The notes under the pieces are model-generated. The model was not told where the DNA came from and searched no databases. It worked only from the letters and a program-made list of their open reading frames with translations. DNA of 32,575 bases, taken from the NCBI RefSeq assembly GCF_001194135.2, contig NC_068981.1:39747914-39780488 (forward strand). Direction: 5' to 3'. This DNA is from Octopus bimaculoides (Eukaryota). The position numbers and the translations under genes are program-made. Each line of letters opens with the position of its first letter. The stretch's first letter is position 1. Below are positions 24,290 through 32,575 of the stretch, in pieces.

Positions 24290-24645
24290 ATGTCCACGAA
24301 ACCACCCTTTCCTATCCCGAATTCTTCTTCCTCCATTTTTCTAGCTGGTACTTTCAGCATACTTCTTCGCACCTACCGCTTTTTTTCCTCTCTGAACTTG
24401 CTACTACGGCACCTCCTCACATTTTCCCACTCGCATTCTTCAAAAGAGAAAACAATCCACGCGACCGTCTGGTCAGTAGTTTCTTCACCAACAAGTACAC
24501 TCAGACTGGTACGCCCAAGTGTTCCAAACCTTGTTGCCTTATCTGGTTCTTTATCTCACGGCGGAAAATTAATCTAGTATGTCCCAAATCTTTAGTCAAA
24601 AGGACCGTCTATTCAGCAGCGCTTCACATAATCTAACATACAGCA
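24290..24645 (+). pseudogene. probable decayed Penelope-like ORF remnant (RT C-terminus, Cys-rich linker, start of GIY-YIG), possibly continuing left of the cassette at ~22900-23039
   Basis: ILLRTYRFF..HIFPLAFFKRENNPRDRLVSS..GTPKCSKPCC..CPKS..FSSASHNLTY resembles the PLE pattern AF(R/K)RxxNLRDxLV..GTxxCxxxxCxxC..FTCxSxNxIY; recognised by eye only. Confidence 0.55.
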
Positions 24646-24839
24646 GAGCTTAAAAATGTGCGTTGGACTGTATTTGATTGAAATGAGTCGTTGTTTGAGA
24701 ATCAGATTTCGACAACACTAAGTGGATTATTGTAATAACCACCAAGGAGTTATCCAACTTGTAAAACGACAATTCAACTGTCTTGTCTGCAGTATTTTCC
24801 ACACCTTTGATTCTAAACAAATTCCAATACATATACACA

Positions 24840-24873
24840 AACATTCATACATATATACACACACACACATACA

Positions 24874-24959
<86 letters not shown>

Positions 24960-24965
24960 GTGTGT
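24840..24965. repeat. (CA)n/(TA)n microsatellite
   Basis: Direct reading. Confidence 0.95.
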
Positions 24966-25383
24966 ATATACTTATTGAGAAGACAAAGAGTGAGAAAGAC
25001 AGGCGCATAGATATAGATATCACACACATGCACATAATTATTTATGCTATATGTACATGATGTGTATAATATACATAATGTGTACACGCATGTTTATGGG
25101 TGGGGGATGCGCGTGTGTGTGTGTTTGTGTTTGTGTGTGTGTGCGCGCGTGTGCACGTTCTCTTGCCGGTTGGTATGTGTTGCTTGTGCTTTTGTAAATA
25201 CATGTGATCTTTCGCTAAGATTTTGTGTATGTATGATTACTGAGTTTCTGTATCAACTCTCTTTCCCACCCATCTCTCTCCTAACAATCCCATCTAATTT
25301 CACTGATACTCTTGACATATCATTTAACTAACCTGTCTTTGCTACTAACTTTCACAGCCATTCCATCTTTCTTTCTTTCCATA

Positions 25384-25430
25384 CCGGTACTTATTTTATC
25401 AATTCTGGAAGCATGGAATGCAAAGTCAAC
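25384..25430 (-). mobile_element. short SINE fragment
   Basis: ccggtacttattttatc..gcaaagtcaac is the reverse complement of the core of the 25809-25980 copy (tcaactttgc..ataaaataagcaccgg). Confidence 0.5.
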
Positions 25431-25808
25431 ACACTGTTTTTTCTCCCCTTTCCCCTCTCTCTCACTCCCTATTTCACCGGCTATTGTATTTATTTCTTAA
25501 TAATCATAGTATTAGTTTTAAATACTTTTCTCAATCTGCAGGAAGACAGTCTTCCGAAACTTTGAATTTTAACACTTCGCAACAATTTAATTTAGTATAA
25601 CTTATTTTTACCTACGGATCTTTTTTATGAAAGTAAATCGATTTTGGCTTTTAACAAGTAAATATGACATTATCCATATAAGTTTATTGTTATTTCATAC
25701 AATATTTAACAGGTATTTTTAACATCCACCAAACCTTGAGCACTTTCTGCATTTACCTTGTTCGTTTCGGAGCTGATATGTAAAAACCGTCAATATTATG
25801 CTTAATGT

Positions 25809-25980
25809 AAAGGCAGCGATCTGACAGAATTGTTAGAACTCAAATCCTGCCGTGATCAACTTTGCCTTTCATGATCCCAGACTTAATAAAATAAGCACCG
25901 GTTGAACACCGGGGACGATGCAATCGACTTAACCCCTAACTTGCTGGCCTTGTGCCAAAATTTGAAACCAATATTATGAT
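25809..25980 (+). mobile_element. tRNA-derived SINE with internal deletion
   Basis: aaggcagcgatctgacagaattgttag joined to actcaaatcc (B-box-like); tail tgctggccttgtgccaaaatttgaaaccaatatt. Confidence 0.7.
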
Positions 25981-27885
25981 TAATCTTGTTAGACAATCTG
26001 AAGTATATTTATGAGTAGGCAAATGCGTTTTACAAGGATTTTAATACAATGTTTTATGTTGTAGAATTAGACACTAACAAGTAAAACGATCCAGAAGAAT
26101 AAACCAAATCAAGAAACAACATGCTAAGCAAAAAGCAAATAAAGAAAAATAATAAAATAGCGAAATGAACAATATATACGCACAATTAGTAAAATTGTGT
26201 CCCAATTTAATTAGTAATTTAGTAGGAATGCATAGTTGTCATTTGTTGTGTTGAACGATCGCATTTAATGTTTTTAATTAGAATGTTTTCTGCGTTGAAT
26301 TTAATTTTGGTTTTATTATACTGATTTGACACTCCGCTTTTCTCAACACTTGTCCACTTGTCTGTAATTGCATATGATATTCTTAGTCGGTACCTCTATC
26401 ATAAAACTCTATTCTGAAACCAATCAGCTATTGGTATTCATTCGTAACTGCCAACAAATTCCTCTACTTTCTTTCGACGTACTATATTTAAAATCAAAAG
26501 ACTAATATCGCTATCAGCAGTCTCATCGTTGATATTTTGTTTTAAATAACACACTTTGAAGCGGTAAAGAACGCATTCTCATAACCTCGATTACTTGTGA
26601 GGATGCTGTAATTTCTCGTTCTTATCATATAGCTAAACAACAGATAGCTTTCACGCGTATTTGTATGGAATGTTGCTCTGTACCCTAAAAATCGATAAAA
26701 CACCATCTTAACTGAGCTGCAAGTGCTTAAAACTGTTTATCTGGCTCCTTTTCCTTCGAAACATTTCTGGAAAGCATTTTCCTGAAATGGCCAAACGCAA
26801 TATTAAGTGTTTCGGTGATTTTATTTTTCTATTATATATGTCAGAAGAAATAACATAAAATATTATTAGATTTAATATTTATTAGAGTTGAGATTTATGT
26901 GTCGTTTGTGTTCAGTAATAGAGAGAAGAAAATAGAGAATTGAAAACCAGTTAGTTGTTATGAGAAAATAATATCAAGTGAAAATAATATTAGATGAAAA
27001 TAATATCAGGTGAAATAATACAATATTATAGCAATGCAATGTGGGATTATTCTAACAAGAGGATAGTTTTGCCGCGTCCATTGCCATTGACTTAATACAA
27101 TCGGATTAGAACTTATTACTCACTTTCTTATAGTGATTATCGAACAAGCTGTGTAAACAGATCCACATTATTCCACATTGTCTCTATTGTCAAAGAATTT
27201 CTATCAAACGGTCGTATTGCAGTTATCTCCCATGCTTGGTATTTTCACATTAACAACACCGTGAGAGAGATAGCGTTTTTATTGTAATTGTCAGGATAAA
27301 TGTCATTTCTTTTTTAATATATCACTATATTACTTTGGAAGCTCCTCCATATTTGTATAAATTCTGCCTGGGGTATTTTTACCCACATCGATATTTCCGC
27401 TTAGCAAAAATGTGGATCCAGTGCGAAGTGATTAATATTATTAATGGGAATGGAAATTGGTGAACGAAACTGCGAAGAATTTCGTTGAATGTATATCAAA
27501 ACAGGAAACCAGAGAATATGTTTGTATTATTTATTCCCCATTATACGTGTTTCATTTGTTAATAAGAATTACAAAATTGCATATGTAGGAGAAACATGCA
27601 AGATATCACCTACTATCATAGAAATTTTTCAGATAGAGAATCAAACAATTTGATATTATTTGGTTATTTGATTTTTTTTTATTCTCTCTCTCTCTCTCTG
27701 AAGAATTTCTAATAGGTGATATCTTACATGTTTTTCCTTTATGTGCAATATTGCAACCCCTATTAGCAACTGAAACACATGTAATGTTGAAAAAATAATA
27801 CCAATTTTTTTTCCAGTCTCTCGTTTTCATTTGAATTTACTCTGCAAAAACTATTTTCCAGTATTTTTAATTCTTCTGCATTTCT

Positions 27886-28160
27886 TCATTAATACACCTC
27901 GCACTTTCCGTTGCGTTGTTGCCTTTATTGAACTCATAAAGCAAAATATGCAGAATATGCTCCTTTGACACCTCTGTTATAGCTTTGTAAAAATAACTAT
28001 TAAAATCAAACGTAGATTACATGTGCAGTTCATTCAAAGGTGTCCAGTGGTGTGAATGAAATTTTTCATTCACACCACAAGCCCCTTTGAATGAACAGTA
28101 CATGGAATCTACGTCTCCACACTTTCCATTTGTGACGAGAAAATATGAACTCCTATAGAA
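27886..28160 (-). mobile_element. mariner 5' fragment (5' UTR with ~103-bp palindrome and transposase N-terminus)
   Basis: Minus strand EVSKEHILHILLYEFNKGNNATESARCIN, typical of a mariner N-terminal HTH; palindrome 28011-28113 upstream; boundaries approximate. Confidence 0.8.
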
Positions 28161-28372
28161 ATTTACATACTACGGACAGGAAGCAGTTATACCACTTCTA
28201 CACACCACTTTCCTTGGATAATGGAACTGCAACTATAAAATCTTTATACATTTTAATCTTTATTCATACATTCAGTCTCCTATTTCCCTATATACTCCTC
28301 ATTTGCTTCCATTTCCAAAATAAATCTTATATTGAACTCTAATATTTCCCTCTATTTAACCATATCACATCA

Positions 28373-28418
28373 TCTCTGATGAAGGGATATCCCAAATATC
28401 CCAGAAACAGCTGTAAGA
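28373..28418 (+). ncRNA. minimal type-I hammerhead ribozyme motif, family C
   Basis: tct-CTGATGA-a-gggatat-cccaa-atatccc-a-GAAA-CAGCT-GTA-aga: 7-bp stem II, palindrome ACAGCTGT, triplet GUA, only 3-bp stem I. Confidence 0.75.
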
Positions 28419-28623
28419 CTAACTTTCTCTGTATGAATGTCCTGAAAACCCCACGCAGCCTAGGCTATGTTGTCTCATTTTATTTAACATATACATGTTC
28501 ATACGAGACCCGCATTAGAATCCTCGCTCGTATCATTATCGAACCGAGAGTATATCTACGGTCCTTCCATTGCACTTACATAGCGTTACCTGCCACCTTA
28601 GGTCTTCTTGATACCAACACCTC

Positions 28624-28739
<116 letters not shown>

Positions 28740-29451
28740 TTATTATGAATGTATGTATAATATATATTTTTATATATGTCTTTATTATGAATTAATGTAT
28801 AATACACATATTTATATCAGGTCAATTGTGAGGTCGTTCATGAGTGCTATTAATAACATGGAATCCAGTACAATCTGTTGCACGATCGGTCGTCAGCTGC
28901 TAAACCGATATTCCCCGCCCCCATTAGTATTACCCGGTGAGGAGGGATGCTAGGAACTCAGCAGGACTAAAAACTAGGTCACTGGGAGTGAGGAACCACT
29001 TAACTTTTGTTAAAGCATGTCTCTAGGAGAAATTCCCTCTGCTATAAAACCAGATATACAGGGAATACTATTGGACATTTCGGGAACCTTTTGCTTGCTC
29101 TTGAGATCATGAAGCTCCCACATTCCTGAGATTGCGACCCTTATTGACAATGGATATCTTACTCTCGCTTGATCTTGAATCATGTCAGTAGGATGGAGAG
29201 AGTCTATTAGGTACTGCACAAACCTTATTGGACCTAATAATTTATGTTGTGGCATCACAAGCGAGGTGACTATTTGATGCCCGGTCGAGAAGGAAAGCAC
29301 TGCAGCAAACATAGAAGCCGCAGGTCCGAACTCGGGTGAAGCCAGCTGCAAGTGCAATAACCGTGGACATTGCTGGACCTTTGCATTGGGAATAGTCAGT
29401 AATGGTCTTCCTCGGTCTCGAATATACAGCCATCATCATCAAAATATATCT

Positions 29452-29618
29452 ATACATAATTTCAATGGGTTTTCGTGCAGTTTCCGAGTAACAAGTTGGT
29501 TCATAATATACTTATCGGTCCCTGGCAATATTAGAAGTCCCTTGGTCAAGGTGCCGCGCTGTGGAAGTGAACTCGAAAGCAACTGCTTGCAAAGCGAACT
29601 TCTTAGGAACACAACACC
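29452..29618 (-). mobile_element. 5' part of a tRNA-derived SINE
   Basis: Minus strand ..taagaagttcgctttgc..gagttcacttccacagcgcggcaccttgacc..ggaaactg aligns with the head at 9000-9100. Confidence 0.6.
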
Positions 29619-30321
29619 TTCACTGGATAGCGTAAACCTTTATATTAAAAGCATTATAGCAGAGGTAATAGCAGTATATAATATGGATTTTGAAACAATA
29701 TTTTCAGTTACTTTGTATGTTGAAAAATAGCTATATTTCAAGAATGAACAACACAAATTACAGCGTAGGCCTTTTTTCGAATCCCTTTTATTTTATAAAT
29801 TCAATACATGTTTAATTGCATGAAAATAAGCTTTAATGCTACGTTTGTGATTAGATAACATTGAAACAAAGCGCATGAGATTTCCAAATTATATAATTAT
29901 TTATACCAATAGTATGAGTTTTATCTAATATCAATAACATTTAAAAATCATTATATATTTATATTAAATAAACGCAATGAAATGCAGAAACATATTATTC
30001 CTGTTATATAGAAAATATTCAGTTTGAATATTGAGAAATAGGCGCTTCAAATAAATTGTTTTAAAAGGAAGAAATTGCTATAGAAATATTAGATTATTAA
30101 ATTTAAGGACATGATACAAGACTTCCTTGCTGGATATTTTATGAAAAAGAATAAGCAATCAGTTATTTGAACAATATACTCATAAATATTTTACATTTTA
30201 TGCTGATATATAATTTGTTCCTTTGCTTATAAGTTTCTCAAGTAGTATATATCTACAATACAAAAACATAATCTTTACAGGAATATGTATATACTATAAA
30301 TTGCATATATATATATATATT

Positions 30322-30324
<3 letters not shown>

Positions 30325-30360
<36 letters not shown>

Positions 30361-30361
30361 G

Positions 30362-30400
<39 letters not shown>
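30325..30400. repeat. (GA)n microsatellite
   Basis: Direct reading. Confidence 0.95.
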
Positions 30401-30404
<4 letters not shown>

Positions 30405-31087
30405 GGAGATATGCAATTTGTATTATGTCAAGGGATGGCATATGGACTCATTCCTCATTGAAGCCAGCAGCCGCAGTTTTCGAGCTTCCTCAGTACGCTT
30501 TTTCAATAGGATATAGATTTGGAAGTCAGACAACGGAACAAAACCAGCAAAGAGACCGGAAGGGTAGCTGAAACAAGCTCAATGTGACTGTAGTTGGTAA
30601 GAGGACCTTCTGAAACATTTCCACAAGTGAAGACTAATACAGTCCATGCTGCTCCACTCAGAGGCATACAGGCTAAGGGGCGAAACGTTTGTGGCACTGA
30701 GGTACCTGTTCACGATGTGGAAGGATTTCCAGCATTGCAATGAATTTAGGAAAGCTTGTGAAAACCATCAGTTGCTGCGGGAGGCAAAGTATCTCTAATG
30801 TATATTTCACCGATAAATANNNNNNNNNNATACACACATATATATATATACATTTATTCATATTGTTGTCGACTCAGTCTCATACTGCTCTGTATACGAT
30901 AATCAGCAAAGTTATGAATTTCTCTTTCACTTAGTCATTTTATCCCTGCCTGCTTCTCTCCTTCTTTCTCTTTCATATACATACATACACACACCTGCAT
31001 GTATGTATGTATGTATGTATATATGCATGTATTTATGTATGTATGTATGTATGTGTGTGTGTGTGTGTATGTATGTATGAGTGTATA

Positions 31088-31300
31088 TTATTTTACTCTT
31101 TTATTCTTGCTTCATTTATTACACTGGAGCCACGCTGGGAAACTAGTTTAGAGCATTTTTCATCGAATGAATCAACTTCAATACATTTTTAATCCTGGTA
31201 CTTATTCTGTCGGTTACGTTTGCAAGCCGCTAAATTACAGGGATGTAAACACACCAACACCGGTTATCAAGCGGTTGTAGGGACAAAGGTACAAAGAGAC
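31088..31300 (-). mobile_element. 3' part of a tRNA-derived SINE
   Basis: ctggtacttattctgtcgg..gtaaacacaccaacaccggttatcaagcgg is the reverse complement of the body seen at 9170-9240 and 9440-9470. Confidence 0.7.
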
Positions 31301-32544
31301 ACGCGCACATAATACACATGCACACACATATATGTATGTGTGTGTATGTGTGTCTGTGCATGTGTATGTATGTGTGTGTGTGTGTGTGTGCTCAACACAA
31401 ACACCAATTACAGAACAGAAAAAGGGCATTTCAATTGAATTTGAGCCGCAATTTTGCGCGTGTGCATCAAGAAATAACATAATTCGTACATATATATACA
31501 TGTATATATATTTTATGACTAATTTTGCATTGACTTCCAAAGAAATGGAGGACTGATAATTTCATATTTTCTAAGAGTATTATGGTCAAGGTTAAATTGG
31601 AAAGGGCATGTGCAAAAGTTGAACGTAAATTGAGGACAGAACATGACTCATCTGCAACTAACTATCTATTGGTAAAATTCATTCAGTATTTTGTTAAATG
31701 TAAATTTCTGGATAAATCATGTCTGCATATTTACTAGAACATCTCATTTGATATTCGGATGCAATATAACCTTCTTTAGAAAACTAAGAAACCAAAATTT
31801 GTCCTGTAATCTATATTTCAGCACATATAACCTTTAGGCTAAATATACCGTCTTATAAATGATTCATGCTCGTGTATATGCGTGGTCGTCTGTGTTTTCA
31901 TATCATCATTTAATGTTGAATTCTAATCTNNNNNNNNNNNNNNNNNNNNNNNNNNNNNNNNNNNNNNNNNNNNNNNNNNNNNNNNNNNNNNNNNNNNNNN
32001 NNNNNNNNNNNNNNNNNNNNNNNNNNNNNNNNNNNNNNNNNNNNNNNNNNNNNNNNNNNNNNNNNNNNNNNNNNNNNNNNNNNNNNNNNNNNNNNNNNNN
32101 NNNNNNNNNNNNNNNNNNNNNNNNNNNNNNNNNNNNNNNNNNNNNNNNNNNNNNNNNNNNNNNNNNNNNNNNNNNNNNNNNNNNNTATATATATATATAT
32201 ATATATATGTTACTTTTTTTCTTGTTTTCGCAGCTCAGTTTATGTTTCGATCACACAATAACAAACACTACATTTGGACTCTTCCCTGAAGTTACAGGAT
32301 TTTTGTGTGGGTCTCTATTTCATAAAGTGTGTAAGATCCTTTCAAAACAAGTAGGTAATAAAGAGTCGCCAATTTATTCGCAGATAAATACATAAAAGAA
32401 GGAAAACTCTGAGACTATTGTAACAAATATAAGGTGGAACCAAATACAATCTAATTGCCTCAAATCAAACCCAAATACGTGGTAGCCATTCAGTGGTTAT
32501 ACATATATATATATATACATATACATACACACACACACACATAC

Positions 32545-32575
<31 letters not shown>

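Noticed and set aside
25230-25370. Minus-strand WERELIQKL, similar to a PLE GIY-YIG C-terminus
   Set aside because: Only a few residues match and it is on the opposite strand to the 24290-24645 remnant
28880-28960. HDV-like ribozyme on minus (ccc-tcctcacc-ggg) and a CTGACGA core
   Set aside because: No P1 partner, P1.1 GG or P2 closure for HDV; no GAAA for a hammerhead
30652-30694. Degenerate hammerhead-like motif ccac-tcagagg..GAAACGTT-tgtgg
   Set aside because: Has GAAACGT and a ccac/gtgg pairing, but CUGANGA is absent and stem II does not pair; revisit only if a family consensus restores the core

Overview
Animal genomic DNA from a gapped draft assembly (N-runs at 748-1137, 12618-12884, 15620-15629, 16605-17473, 20418-20688, 30820-30829, 31930-32185). 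It is AT-rich and dense in microsatellites. The SINEs look like octopus/coleoid cephalopod families (inference from recall, not a database hit). I find no supportable host gene; most ORFs in the track are microsatellite or gap artefacts. The recognisable coding material is decayed transposons: two R4/Dong-like RLE non-LTR fragments, an RTE LINE, a CR1-group LINE, a TIR-bounded DD37D (maT) element, Tc1 and mariner fragments, a hAT MITE, several tRNA-type SINEs and a probable Penelope ORF remnant. The main signal is invisible to the ORF track: five minimal type-I hammerhead-ribozyme motifs from three unrelated families, each with a palindromic stem III (ACGT, ACCGGT, ACAGCTGT), as known for Penelope-like element pLTRs. 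One family forms both a 130-bp solo insertion with a 14-bp TSD and a 1.2-kb cassette with inverted ribozyme arms, a 15-bp TSD and a captured, internally deleted R4 fragment. All alignments were done by eye; novelty relative to repeat libraries is unchecked.
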